DNA of 64,000 bases from an uncultured Bacillus sp. Lineage in GTDB: Bacteria > Bacillota > Bacilli > ZCTH02-B2. The notes below the pieces were generated by a model that saw only the letters and a list, made by a program, of their open reading frames with translations, was not told the origin of the DNA and did no database searches. The DNA is taken from positions 486,025 through 550,024 of the forward strand of contig CAMTVR010000012.1 of the NCBI GenBank assembly GCA_947085265.1, given 5' to 3'. Shown piece by piece: positions 30,535 through 40,697 of this stretch. Position 1 is the stretch's first letter; each line of letters opens with the position of its first letter. The translations under genes were made by a program, and so were the position numbers.

Positions 30535-30753
30535 CTACGCCATCTCTCCCTCGTTCGCATAATATAGAACGGGTTCTTCCCGTGCAACAAATCTGGTATA
30601 CTCAATGTGTTTGCTTTTTCCCAAGCTTATTTGAATTTGACCGGGGATGACGATCTCCTTTTTGATCTTACTGGAAACTTTTTATGTTGTAAACTTCTGT
30701 TAAAATCGTTACGATGAAGGGTTTCCCATCATTGAAGGAGGAAGGAATACACA

Positions 30754-32223
30754 TTGTCACAAAAAGAAACCCCTCTTTTTACGGGCCTCATCAACCATAT
30801 CCAACGCAACCCTGTGCCCTTCCATATCCCAGGTCATAAAAAGGGAAGAGGGATGGATCCCCAGTTTCGCGAATTTGTCGGAGATGCGGTACTGGCCATG
30901 GATCTCATCAATATCAGTCCGTTGGATGACCTCCATCATCCGACCAACATCATCAAGCAAGCACAAGAACTGGCTGCGCAAGCGTTCGGAGCCGAACACA
31001 CCTTTTTTTCCGTACAGGGAACCAGCGGAGCCATCATGACGATGATTCTGGCAATCTGCCAACCCGGCGATAAAATTATCGTTCCCCGCAACGCTCACAA
31101 ATCGGTGATGTCAGCCATCATTCTGGCCGGTGCCATCCCTGTCTTCATCCACCCCGTACTGGATAAACGAATCGGCATTGCCCACGGCATCACAACTTCC
31201 GCTTTGGCCAAAGCTTTGAAAGAACACCCAGACGCAAAGGCAGTGCTGGTGGTCAATCCCACTTACTACGGAGTGGCCGCCGATTTAAAACAGATTGTCG
31301 AACTGGCTCATGCCCATCAGCTCCCGGTACTGGTGGACGAGGCGCATGGTGTGCATATCCATTTCCATGAACGGCTGCCGATGTCTGCGATGCAGGCCGG
31401 AGCCGATATGTCTGCAACCAGTATGCACAAGTTGGGTGGATCATTGACTCAAAGTTCGATCCTGAACATCCAGGGACCGCGTGTAAACCGCAATCGCGTA
31501 CAAGCGATTATGAGCATGTTGACGACCACATCCACCTCCTATATTCTTCTCGCTTCCCTGGATGCGGCCAGACGTTACTTGGCAACGCAGGGACATGAAC
31601 GGCTGACCTATGCCCTGGAATTGGCCGCCCATGCCCGCCAGCAGATTGCCCAAATCCCAGGTCTGTACTGTATCGGTCCGGAGATCCTGGGCGGAGAGGC
31701 GACTCACGCCTTGGATCCGACAAAACTTCCGATCTGCGTCAAGGATCTGGGGATCACCGGCTATGAAGCCGAAGTCTGGCTGCGGAAACATTACAACATT
31801 GAAGTGGAACTCAGCGATCTTTACAACATCCTGTGTATTATCACGCCTGGAGACACATATGAATCGGTCAACCTATTGATCAAAGCCCTGCAACGCCTCT
31901 CGCGGGATTACCGCCATCAAATCAGCACCTGTCCGATTCATGTGCATCTGCCACCCATCCCTGTGTTGGCTGTCTCACCGCGGGAAGCCTTTTACGCCGA
32001 TACGGAATCGGTTCCGTTGCGGGAAGCCGTTGGACGGATTATCGCCGAATTTATCATGGTATATCCTCCGGGCATTCCAATCCTCCTCCCAGGGGAAATT
32101 ATTCAACAGGAAAGCTTGGATTATATTCAAAAAAATATGGAGGCAGGACTTCCAGTCCAAGGACCAGAAGATCCGAGCTTGCAAAACGTCAAAGTGATTA
32201 AAGAATATCACCCGATTTTATAA
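30754..32223 (+). CDS. speA: arginine decarboxylase (Orn/Lys/Arg family)
   Basis: FHIPGHK, VDEAHG, SMHK PLP lysine, YPPGIP; synteny with yktB and SR1P. Confidence 0.9.
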   Translation: MSQKETPLFTGLINHIQRNPVPFHIPGHKKGRGMDPQFREFVGDAVLAMDLINISPLDDLHHPTNIIKQAQELAAQAFGAEHTFFSVQGTSGAIMTMILAICQPGDKIIVPRNAHKSVMSAIILAGAIPVFIHPVLDKRIGIAHGITTSALAKALKEHPDAKAVLVVNPTYYGVAADLKQIVELAHAHQLPVLVDEAHGVHIHFHERLPMSAMQAGADMSATSMHKLGGSLTQSSILNIQGPRVNRNRVQAIMSMLTTTSTSYILLASLDAARRYLATQGHERLTYALELAAHARQQIAQIPGLYCIGPEILGGEATHALDPTKLPICVKDLGITGYEAEVWLRKHYNIEVELSDLYNILCIITPGDTYESVNLLIKALQRLSRDYRHQISTCPIHVHLPPIPVLAVSPREAFYADTESVPLREAVGRIIAEFIMVYPPGIPILLPGEIIQQESLDYIQKNMEAGLPVQGPEDPSLQNVKVIKEYHPIL

Positions 32224-32234
32224 ATGATCAGGAG

Positions 32235-32260
32235 AGGGGATGGCCACGCGGCCATCCCCT
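32235..32260. terminator. hairpin between convergent speA and SR1P
   Basis: AGGGGATGGCC-acgc-GGCCATCCCCT. Confidence 0.7.
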
Positions 32261-32295
32261 GTTCGTTTCAATCATTTTCCCGGATGAATCGCTAT

Positions 32296-32424
32296 TTACG
32301 AACCGTCCTGCAGCGCATTCTCTTCATCTTTGCAGGTGCAACAAACCGTGTAGCGCGTGCTTACCTTCTCATCTTCAAAAAAATCAACCGTTTCCTCGCA
32401 ACGCTGGCAAACCAGGATCCCCAT
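32296..32424 (-). CDS. sr1p: GapA-binding peptide SR1P (42 aa) of dual-function sRNA SR1
   Basis: AGGAGG RBS; MGILVCQRCEETVDFFEDEKVSTRYTVCCTCKDEENALQDGS, matching MGxIVCQxC...FEDEKV; convergent with speA. Confidence 0.9.
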   Translation of the reverse strand: MGILVCQRCEETVDFFEDEKVSTRYTVCCTCKDEENALQDGS

Positions 32425-32460
32425 CGTCCGCACGCCTCCTTCCTGGAATAACCACTTATA

Positions 32461-32503
32461 TATGTTATACTTTATTTTAATTGTGCTATACTTTATTTGT
32501 CAA
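32461..32503 (-). promoter_or_regulatory. sr1 promoter with two CcpN-like boxes
   Basis: TTGACA-18-TAAAAT on minus strand; TATGTTATAC (32461) and TGTGCTATAC (32482) 21 bp apart. Confidence 0.6.
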
Positions 32504-32576
32504 TCCGAGATTCCATCCTCCCAAAAGGCAAAAAAAGACGCGGGATAGCACCCCAACGTCTTTCCATGTTCCTTCT

Positions 32577-32870
32577 CTATTCGCTATACTGCTCATATAT
32601 CGGATTGGTGGGCAACACGGTCCGGAAAAAGAAGGAAAGTTCTTCAGCCTCTTCATCATCTGGAATCTGGTAAACCTGCTTCAGGTGTTCGAGGTTCGTC
32701 GCATCCTCTACACCAAGCAGGGAAGATCGGCCTGTTTGGGTACAGATGACCAATGGCTTCCCGAAAAACTGATGCGTCGAAACGATACAGAAATCATAAC
32801 GGGCCTTTTCGGTCAACAACCCAATAAAGCGAACCTGGCAACGTTCGGTCTCATCATACAGTCGTTCCAT
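32577..32870 (-). CDS. DUF3055 family protein
   Basis: LYDETE..QVRFIG, RYDF, FFGKPLVICTQTGRS. Confidence 0.82.
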   Translation of the reverse strand: MERLYDETERCQVRFIGLLTEKARYDFCIVSTHQFFGKPLVICTQTGRSSLLGVEDATNLEHLKQVYQIPDDEEAEELSFFFRTVLPTNPIYEQYSE

Positions 32871-33071
32871 CGGTCCTACCCCTCCTTCTTTTTCTGGATG
32901 TGCTTTATTATATCACAGCATTTTCTTTGGTGTCACCAGCAAATTTCTGAAATATTTGCGGCAATCAGGTTTTATATTATTCAAACGTGTACTTTCGCCA
33001 ATCCTTTTGATACAATAAGGGCGATCCATAATGAGACCAGCCGCTGATCACATGTACAGGAGTGAAAGGTC

Positions 33072-33467
33072 GTGCCGAAAGCTGCCACACTAATTTTAAA
33101 CGAAGAAAACGCAATCACACTGGAAGAAGTCAAAGCGCAATTGCGCCGGTATATCGACATGACCCAGCATACTGGCGAGCAATTGGGATGGGATTACGCA
33201 GCAGCCGCTTTCCCGTACACCATTGAGGACGATCCAGAGAAAAGAGGTCAGTGGTTTGTTCTGAAAGGAAAAAACCCCAATTACCGAACAATCATCATTG
33301 GTATGGGAAAAAACGAGCAGAACCAACCCGTTATCCAAATCATTCTCCCCAACGGCGCCACCCATGGTGACATTGCCAAGGGAAACGAGTTTACACGCTA
33401 CCTGGGTAAAGCGCTAAAAGCCGAAACTCGTCTGTTCAATGGACGGACCATGTATTTCAACCGGTAA
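33072..33467 (+). CDS. DUF1885 family protein
   Basis: TGEQLGWDYAAAAFPY, ATHGD.AKGNEF, LFNGRTMY. Confidence 0.85.
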   Translation: MPKAATLILNEENAITLEEVKAQLRRYIDMTQHTGEQLGWDYAAAAFPYTIEDDPEKRGQWFVLKGKNPNYRTIIIGMGKNEQNQPVIQIILPNGATHGDIAKGNEFTRYLGKALKAETRLFNGRTMYFNR

Positions 33468-33614
33468 ATCCCATAAAAAACGATATGATCATACCAGCGA
33501 TGCAAGCTATCGAGTGCCAGAAGGCACTTCGATGGCTTTTTTTGTATAACTGCTCCTTCTTTGCGCATACTTCATAAAGACACCCTGTATAGTTGCAAAG
33601 GAGGAAAACTGGCC

Positions 33615-33821
33615 ATGGATGTCCTCACCCAGGTGGAACTGCACCAGTTGGAAGAATTGTTGCGCAGCGAACACGCAGCAGCGGCCAAATTTCGCATGTA
33701 TGCAGACTACTCCTCCGATCAAGGGGTAAAAAAACTTTGCGAACAACTAGCTGATCGGCACCGGGAACATTTTATCGCACTGATGGGACAGCTGCCCCAA
33801 TCGGATACGCGGATCCAGTAA
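33615..33821 (+). CDS. small spore coat/ferritin-like helical protein
   Basis: GGAGG RBS, LTQVELHQLEELLRSE...H..HF pattern; paired with Coat F gene. Confidence 0.6.
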   Translation: MDVLTQVELHQLEELLRSEHAAAAKFRMYADYSSDQGVKKLCEQLADRHREHFIALMGQLPQSDTRIQ

Positions 33822-33900
33822 GAGTGCACGGTTCAGTTATTCCGCTGCCAGGAACCATAGTCTTGTAATCAGTACATTTCATCCCGAAGGATGTGATGAG

Positions 33901-34203
33901 ATGACAGTCAAGGAGCGACCCAACAACCGGTTACAGGATCAAGACCTGCTTCAGGACTGCCTGGATACCCTCAAGCACCTCTCAGCCTGTTACAGTCACG
34001 CAGCTACAGAATGTGATTCCCAGGACTTGCGTGAGGCATTCTGGAATATCCTACATGATAAGCTGGAGCTGCAAGCGGCCACCTTTCAGTTCATGAACCA
34101 ACGGGGATGGTACAAACCTGCTCGTTCCCTGCAGGAAGATGTTCAACAGGTATACCGTCATTTTCACCCACAATATGAAGCCATCTTGTCCTTCTACCAA
34201 TGA
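33901..34203 (+). CDS. Coat F domain spore protein
   Basis: DQDLLQDCL..LK, Y.HAATEC, LR, FQFMNQRGWY. Confidence 0.8.
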   Translation: MTVKERPNNRLQDQDLLQDCLDTLKHLSACYSHAATECDSQDLREAFWNILHDKLELQAATFQFMNQRGWYKPARSLQEDVQQVYRHFHPQYEAILSFYQ

Positions 34204-34249
34204 TCCCGTTCCTTCCTAAATTCATGAACTCTGTCACCTTCTTCCTCCG

Positions 34250-34271
34250 CCCGCCAATGGCGGGTTTTTTC
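34250..34271 (+). terminator. intrinsic terminator
   Basis: CCCGCCA-A-TGGCGGG followed by T7. Confidence 0.8.
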
Positions 34272-34331
34272 CTCGATCTACCATTGCACGGGATGCAGCG
34301 ATTGCTTAATATTTAATTAGTGACAGGAACA

Positions 34332-34345
34332 GGAACATATATTCG
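34332..34345 (+). promoter_or_regulatory. LexA (Cheo) box
   Basis: GGAACATATATTCG versus Bacillus consensus CGAAC-N4-GTTCG, directly upstream of Y-family polymerase. Confidence 0.7.
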
Positions 34346-34376
34346 ATTTTAGCGTGACTAGAAAGGACTGGCCGCC

Positions 34377-35633
34377 ATGATGGATTATCGCACCCTGCCT
34401 CATCATCAAATCCTCTGCCTCGATATGAAATCCTTTTTTGCCAGTTGCGAATGCGTCCGGCGCGGGTGGGATCCGGAAAAGACTTATCTGGCTGTCGTCG
34501 GCGATCTGGAACGGAGCGGCAGCATCGTCCTGGCCACCACCCCCCGTCTCAAGCAAGACTACGGCATCAGCACGGGAAAACGGTTGTTTGATGTGCCGCG
34601 CCTTCCCTCCATCCATATCGTTTCTCCCAATATGCGTCACTATCTGCACCAATCGCTCGAGATCACGCGCCTGCTTCACCGGTTCGTTCCTAAAGAGGCG
34701 ATTCATCCCTACAGCATTGATGAATGGTGGATCTGCGTTGACGGAACTGAGAAGATTTTTGGAGACGCCTGGTCGGTGGGGCAAAAAATACGCGCCGCCA
34801 TTTATGAGCAATTTGGCCTCCCTTCCTGTATCGGAATCGGGCCCAATAAATTTTTGGCCAAGGTGATCCTGGACATCGAGGGGAAGCGAACAGGTTTGGC
34901 ATCCTGCTCATATGAAGAGGTGGCCGAAAAACTGTGGCCACAACCGGTTCAAAAAATCTGGGGTATCGGCCCACGACTGGCCAGACACTTGCAGCGAATG
35001 GGCATTCGCACCCTGGGTCACCTAGCACATACGCCACGAGAAATTCTAGAGAAAAAATTCGGTGTCATCGGGAACCAACTTTATTACCATGCCTGGGGCG
35101 TGGATCTGGCGCCCGTCACCGGCGCAGGGATGCGTGAGGTTCCCAAAAGCTTCGGACATGGCATCACACTGCTGAAGGACTATCGGGACCCCAATGAAAT
35201 CAGGACCATCATCCTGGAGTTGTCCGAGGAAGTGGCCAGGCGGGCAAGAGCAGCCAACATGGCAGGACGGACCATCCATCTGGGCATCGGTTACAGCCAG
35301 ACGGAAACAAAGAGTGGCTTTCACTGCGCAAGAACAATCAGTCAACCGACCAATGTCACCCTCGACATCTACCACATCTGCCTGGAGCTGTTCGAACAAC
35401 ACTACACTGGGGAAATTGTGCGGCGCATTTACCTGTCGCTCGGCCAGCTGTCACCCGATGAACATGTCCAGCTAAACCTGTTTGAAGACGTGATGAAAAA
35501 ACGAACCCTCGGCTACGTCATGGACGATATTCGCCGCAAACATGGGCCAACCGCCTTGCTTCGCGCCCGCAGTTATACCCCCGGGGGCGTCATCCTGGAA
35601 CGCTCGAAGAAAATCGGAGGTCACTGGGCATGA
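34377..35633 (+). CDS. Y-family DNA polymerase (PolY2/UmuC-like)
   Basis: CLDMKSFFAS, YSIDE, GIGPNKFLAK, QLNLF clamp motif, IGGH end. Confidence 0.93.
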   Translation: MMDYRTLPHHQILCLDMKSFFASCECVRRGWDPEKTYLAVVGDLERSGSIVLATTPRLKQDYGISTGKRLFDVPRLPSIHIVSPNMRHYLHQSLEITRLLHRFVPKEAIHPYSIDEWWICVDGTEKIFGDAWSVGQKIRAAIYEQFGLPSCIGIGPNKFLAKVILDIEGKRTGLASCSYEEVAEKLWPQPVQKIWGIGPRLARHLQRMGIRTLGHLAHTPREILEKKFGVIGNQLYYHAWGVDLAPVTGAGMREVPKSFGHGITLLKDYRDPNEIRTIILELSEEVARRARAANMAGRTIHLGIGYSQTETKSGFHCARTISQPTNVTLDIYHICLELFEQHYTGEIVRRIYLSLGQLSPDEHVQLNLFEDVMKKRTLGYVMDDIRRKHGPTALLRARSYTPGGVILERSKKIGGHWA

Positions 35634-35965
35634 TCAAGGATCGCGGAAATAAAAAATGGTCTTCCCTCATGCTTCCCGAACACAGGGAGCTGCTGGAATC
35701 CTGGTTTCACGAACCATCATCCGCAAAACTGGACCACCGTCAAATGGATGAGCAGCAACTGGAAGAACTCAACCGATGGCTCCTCTGGTCGCTGCAAGAG
35801 AAAAAAAACTTGCGTTTTACCTATCGTACACCTACAGGCCAAAATAGCCTGATAGGATACGTGGAAGATTACGATGAAATTCAAAGGTTTTTCCGCATTC
35901 GCCAACCTTCTGGCAAGCTGTGCAAGCTATCCTCACTCACCATTGTTCACATATCCCACGCGTAA
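35630..35965 (+). CDS. YolD-like protein
   Basis: MIKDRGNKKWSSLMLPEH; overlaps polymerase stop. Confidence 0.88.
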   Translation: MIKDRGNKKWSSLMLPEHRELLESWFHEPSSAKLDHRQMDEQQLEELNRWLLWSLQEKKNLRFTYRTPTGQNSLIGYVEDYDEIQRFFRIRQPSGKLCKLSSLTIVHISHA

Positions 35966-36042
35966 AAAGCAAATAGCGGATAAAAAATAAGAGCACCGTC
36001 TTCCAACCAAAAACGGCGCTCTTTTACCATGACGACGGAACT

Positions 36043-36414
36043 TCACAACGGAACTTCGACTGGATTGGAACGACTGATGGAATAAAACCGTCCTCCCAGC
36101 ATTCGCACACCAAGATCCACACAGTAGGTTCTGCCGCGTTCGATCCCAAACAAAATCCATTCTCCTGATTCATGATTGATTCCGTAGTCTACATAGGAGT
36201 CCAGCCCATCTTCCTTTACTTCCCGCTCTGTAATATCATACAAACGCAAAGCAAAGGGGAGATCCGACCACGGCATGTTGAACGTTTCTTCCAATCGCTT
36301 TTTCCAACTCGGATGGATGTGCCAGGTGGCCACAAGCGAATTGGGTTGCCGGAACAACATTCGTATAGCCGGATCATCAACTGACATCTTCGTATCGGCT
36401 GGTTTCACCTTCAT
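36043..36414 (-). CDS. DUF4912-like protein
   Basis: LFRQP.SLVATW, LRLYDIT, YCVDLG, SRSNPV. Confidence 0.7.
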   Translation of the reverse strand: MKVKPADTKMSVDDPAIRMLFRQPNSLVATWHIHPSWKKRLEETFNMPWSDLPFALRLYDITEREVKEDGLDSYVDYGINHESGEWILFGIERGRTYCVDLGVRMLGGRFYSISRSNPVEVPL

Positions 36415-36495
36415 TCAGCATCCAAACTCCTTTAACATGATAGTCAACAACTATCATACCGCAAAAACTATTTTTTGAAAAGTCAAATCGAAAAC

Positions 36496-37185
36496 TTACT
36501 CCTCGCGGGCGCTGGCAAAGATCATCACATACTTGATCAGCTCAAGCAAGGCCACCAGGGCACTGGCCACGTACGTGAGCGCCGCGGCTCCGAGCACCTT
36601 GCGAACTCCGGGCATCTCTTCTTGCCGCAAGAATCCCATCTCCACCAACTTCCGCCCAGCCCGTGAGCTGGCATTAAACTCAACGGGAAGCGTCACCAAT
36701 TGGAAGGCCACCGCGCCTGAGAAAAAGACAATCCCGAGGCCGATGAGGCCGGTTGCTTTGAACAGGAATCCGGCAATCAGCAGGAACGGGGCCAGGGAAG
36801 AACCGAAATTAGCAATCGGAAAGATCCGATGGCGAAGGACCAACATCGGATAAGACACCTTGTGCTGAATCGCATGGCCCGTCTCGTGGGCAGCGACAGA
36901 GAGTGAAGCGATCGAATTCCCGTAATATACCTCCTCTGAGAGGCGTACTTTGCGCGCAATCGGATCATAATGATCGGACAACATGCCGCCGCGAGACAAC
37001 TCCACGTCAACATGGTGAAGCCCTTCTGAATCGAGAATTCGCCGCGCTACCTCGGCTCCCGTCATCCCGCATGAGGAGCGCACCTGCGACCAGTGATTAA
37101 AGTTTCCCTTAACCTTAAACTGAGCCCATAGCGCAATCCCAAAAGCAATAAAAATGAGAAAGTCCATTGGATGAAACCATATCAT
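36496..37185 (-). CDS. yugP: membrane zinc metallopeptidase YugP-like
   Basis: LSDHYDP, VAAHETGHAIQH, TLPVEFNAS, AAALTYVA. Confidence 0.9.
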   Translation of the reverse strand: MIWFHPMDFLIFIAFGIALWAQFKVKGNFNHWSQVRSSCGMTGAEVARRILDSEGLHHVDVELSRGGMLSDHYDPIARKVRLSEEVYYGNSIASLSVAAHETGHAIQHKVSYPMLVLRHRIFPIANFGSSLAPFLLIAGFLFKATGLIGLGIVFFSGAVAFQLVTLPVEFNASSRAGRKLVEMGFLRQEEMPGVRKVLGAAALTYVASALVALLELIKYVMIFASAREE

Positions 37186-37344
37186 GCTGGATTACCTCCT
37201 CCCAAGAATGACCCATCACTGTATCAGACCATTTGAGAACGTAGACTTTACGAATGAGATTTTCCCTATTACTCATTATAAAAAAAGAACGCAAAAAATA
37301 CACCCTGAAAATCATGCCGAAATCCAATAAGAGGTGACAAAAAT

Positions 37345-37521
37345 ATGAAAAAGAAACAGCATCAGCCGTCGATACAACATCCGATTCGAAAATCCTCTCC
37401 AAGCGTCGCACCGGGTCTTGAGGACGATAACCTGGAAATGCCCGCGGATGAAGAAGAAATCATCAGAGATGCTTCCACGCCCGTGACGAAACTGATTCTC
37501 GACCGTCTGACCGATCGATAA
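37345..37521 (+). CDS. small acidic hypothetical protein (58 aa)
   Basis: AGAGGTG RBS; MKKKQHQPS...SVAPGLEDDNLEMPADEEEIIRDASTPVTKLILDRLTDR; below ORF cutoff. Confidence 0.6.
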   Translation: MKKKQHQPSIQHPIRKSSPSVAPGLEDDNLEMPADEEEIIRDASTPVTKLILDRLTDR

Positions 37522-37763
37522 GCATGACAAATGCTGAATAAGAGGTGACAGATTGTGCCGCTGCTGCATCCCAACTTCAAACGGGAAGAGGAGCGGCATC
37601 TTTGTTTGCACGCTGACGGAACTGATTAAAATAGGCTGTATAACATAGGCTGTACAACAAACATGAAAAGAAGCAAAATAGAAGAAAAAACTATTTTTAA
37701 ACGCCTTCCATCATCGAAAACGATCATTTTAATCTATCCATCGCAATATAAGGAGCCTCATAA

Positions 37764-38987
37764 TTGATGAAATACTCGCTAATTGTCTACGCAACCGGTT
37801 TTTTCAGCCTTGGAATCCAGCCGATGAACGCCCTGCTTGTCCCACTTTGGGCCGTTACCCTGAACGCACCCCCAGCCGTTCTCGGGCTGGCGGTCAGCGC
37901 CGTTTCCCTGCTGCCCATCCTGTTATCCATTTCATCCGGAGCCCTGGTCGATGAGCTGGGTTCAAGGCGGGTGCTGCTCCTGTGTGCCACCGTCATGGCT
38001 GTGTTGGCTCCGCTTTATCCGCTCATTCCTTCCGTATACGCGCTGATCGGCCTCCAACTCCTGTTCGGGATCATGCAGTCCATGGCCTGGATCGCCTCTC
38101 AAGCACTGCTCGTAGGCGGCAAGGCACGGGATCAAAAACCGCACGCCGGGACCTACAGTTTTGCTTCCAACCTGGGCACCTTTACCGGTCCGCTGCTGCT
38201 GGGAGTATTGTGGGATCATCTGGGGCCCATCGGCGCTTTTTCGGCCATCTCGGCATGGTGCGGCTTGCTGCTCTTGATCGCATCCCTGTTGCCATCGGCT
38301 GAACCAGCCGGAGAAGTCCGGCAAACCCACTTTATCCAGCAGCTTCTGCCCAACTGGAGGGACTATCAAAAGGCCTTCTCCCTGCTGGCGATTCCGGCGG
38401 TCGTGATCGTGATGTACGGCACCTTTCTGCGCTTGTCCAGTTCGGCCATCCGTGGTTCCTTTTATCTGGTGTACCTGGAACAGCTGAAGTTTTCCGCCAC
38501 TGTGATTTCGCTGCTCTATTCTTCCATCGCCCTGGCGAGCATTTTTTCACCGCTGTTCATCCGCTGGTTCCACCGTTTTCTGTCGAGCTACCAGCTGTTG
38601 TTTCTGGCCGGCATCCTGGCCATCCTGCCGCTCTGCCTCGTCCCGCTGTTTGAACAGTTCTGGCCGATTCTGGGACTTTCACTGTTGACCGGCTTTGGTG
38701 TAGGATTGACACTGCCGCTCTTGATCTCGCTGCTCTCACAGGCCGTGGACCCGTCTGAACAGGGGCTTGCGGCCGGACTGCGGGAAATGTTCAACCGGTT
38801 GGCGGCTACCTGCCTTCCATTCGGGTTCGGGGTGTTGGTGGAAGGCGTGGGCCTTCAGGCTTCCTTCCTCGTTGTCGCGGTCATGTTGCTTTTGCCGATG
38901 GCAGGATTTATCCCATACTCTCTGGGAAAGAGGTATATCAGAGGCAACGACAAAGGGTCCCATTTTGCAAAACAAGAAGCAGATTGA
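37764..38987 (+). CDS. MFS transporter
   Basis: About 12 TM segments, motif A GALVDELGSRR. Confidence 0.9.
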   Translation: MMKYSLIVYATGFFSLGIQPMNALLVPLWAVTLNAPPAVLGLAVSAVSLLPILLSISSGALVDELGSRRVLLLCATVMAVLAPLYPLIPSVYALIGLQLLFGIMQSMAWIASQALLVGGKARDQKPHAGTYSFASNLGTFTGPLLLGVLWDHLGPIGAFSAISAWCGLLLLIASLLPSAEPAGEVRQTHFIQQLLPNWRDYQKAFSLLAIPAVVIVMYGTFLRLSSSAIRGSFYLVYLEQLKFSATVISLLYSSIALASIFSPLFIRWFHRFLSSYQLLFLAGILAILPLCLVPLFEQFWPILGLSLLTGFGVGLTLPLLISLLSQAVDPSEQGLAAGLREMFNRLAATCLPFGFGVLVEGVGLQASFLVVAVMLLLPMAGFIPYSLGKRYIRGNDKGSHFAKQEAD

Positions 38988-38995
38988 GAAAACGG

Positions 38996-39640
38996 CTACT
39001 TCACCAAACCATGTTTGTACGCGTAAATGGCGGCCTGCGTACGATCCTCCACTCCCAGTTTGGCCAGAAGGTTTGTCACGTGGTACTTGACAGTCTTCAC
39101 GCTGATAAACAGTTCATCCGCGACCTCCTGGTTGGACTTGCCGGCGGCAATCAGCCGCAGCACATCCATCTCCCGTTCCGTTAAATTCAGATGAGGGAGA
39201 TTCTCCTGTTTCTCCTGTCGGAACCGGTTCATGATTTTGGAAGCCACTTGAGATTCGAGCACGGGTTGGTCGTTCATCGCCGCCCGGATGGCCTGGGAAA
39301 TCTCCGTGGCACGCGATGTTTTCAGCAGGTAGCTGAAAGCCCCGGCTTCAATCACCGGGTAAATTTTCTCATCATCCAAGTAACTGGTCAGCACGATCAC
39401 CTTGCAAGCCGGGTGAATCGCAAGAATCCTGCGCGTGGCCTCAATCCCGTCCATCCCCTCCATGACCAGGTCCATCAGGACCACATCCGGCTTGTACTTC
39501 TCAACGATGCGAATCCCTTCTTCACCACTGCTGGCTTCTCCCACCAGCTCGATATCTTCCTCCGTTCCCAGAACAGCGGCCAGGCCGATTCGGACCATCT
39601 CATGATCATCGACCAGCAGGACTTTAATCGGCGTTTTCAT
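38996..39640 (-). CDS. liaR: response regulator LiaR
   Basis: [17 protein letters not shown], Lux[13 protein letters not shown]; after liaS and liaF. Confidence 0.9.
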   Translation of the reverse strand: MKTPIKVLLVDDHEMVRIGLAAVLGTEEDIELVGEASSGEEGIRIVEKYKPDVVLMDLVMEGMDGIEATRRILAIHPACKVIVLTSYLDDEKIYPVIEAGAFSYLLKTSRATEISQAIRAAMNDQPVLESQVASKIMNRFRQEKQENLPHLNLTEREMDVLRLIAAGKSNQEVADELFISVKTVKYHVTNLLAKLGVEDRTQAAIYAYKHGLVK

Positions 39641-40685
39641 TCTTCCTCTCCTCCCCCGTTAAAATCGGCACGCGGATATCAATCCGGGTCCCTTTCCCCG
39701 GAGCGGTAATGATGCTCAATGTTCCGCCAATTTCATTCACCCGTTCGTGCATCGACTCCAGACCGTAAGAGGTGCGTTTTTTTTCATTTAAATCAAAGCC
39801 GACCCCATTATCCTGAATCAACAGGCGGATCGACTCACCCGGACGATGAAGCTTCAATTCCAGTTTCGTCGCCCTGGAGTGGCGCAGCGCATTGGACAAT
39901 GCCTCCTGAACGATGCGGAATAAATGATCCTCAATCCCTCGCGGCAGCTGAATTTCCTCCTCCATCTCCCACGTCATCTCAATCGGCACTTTGGCGCGCA
40001 GTTCATGCAGTAATTCCAGAAGGCCTTCCGACAGCCGCTTCCCCTCCAAATGAACCGGACGCAAATGGAGCAGCAACGCCCGCATCTCTGATTGGGCAAC
40101 GGAGGCCATTTCTTCGATCAGATGGATCTGCCGCCGGGCTTTCTCAAAGTCCCGATCCAGCGTGCGCCCAACGGCCGTTGCCGTCATGGAAATGGCAAAC
40201 AACTGCTGGCTGACCGCATCGTGCAGTTCTCTTGCCAAACGTTGCCGTTCCTCGACAATCGCCGAGAGCTTCGCCTTCTGCGCCAGCTGTGCATTATGAT
40301 TGGACAATCGCTGCAGCGAAGTGACCTGTTCTTCCCATTTTTTTGTAATCCGATTCAATTGTTCTCCCAGCCGCCCAATCTCATCTTCTCCAAGCGGCGG
40401 TACAGTCCCTGTCAGGTTTCCCCTCTCCAAATCCAGCATCGCATCACGCAGTTTTTCAAGGCGAATCTGAATTCGGATAAAAGACCAATAGCCAAACGCA
40501 GCGCCTGCTGCAATCACCACACCAAGCAGCGTCAGAATCAGCTGAACCCCTTCCCACCAAGAGGAAAGCAGCACCAAATACCCCCGTGAATAGAGAAAAA
40601 TCACGATACTGCCAAACAGGATGAGGCTGAAAAGGATCGACTCGCTCATGCCCCGCCAAATGAGATTGGTTAGCCTTTTGCCCAT
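39624..40685 (-). CDS. liaS: sensor kinase LiaS
   Basis: [33 protein letters not shown]. Confidence 0.92.
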   Translation of the reverse strand: MGKRLTNLIWRGMSESILFSLILFGSIVIFLYSRGYLVLLSSWWEGVQLILTLLGVVIAAGAAFGYWSFIRIQIRLEKLRDAMLDLERGNLTGTVPPLGEDEIGRLGEQLNRITKKWEEQVTSLQRLSNHNAQLAQKAKLSAIVEERQRLARELHDAVSQQLFAISMTATAVGRTLDRDFEKARRQIHLIEEMASVAQSEMRALLLHLRPVHLEGKRLSEGLLELLHELRAKVPIEMTWEMEEEIQLPRGIEDHLFRIVQEALSNALRHSRATKLELKLHRPGESIRLLIQDNGVGFDLNEKKRTSYGLESMHERVNEIGGTLSIITAPGKGTRIDIRVPILTGEERKNENAD

Positions 40686-40697
40686 GAACGAGTCACC

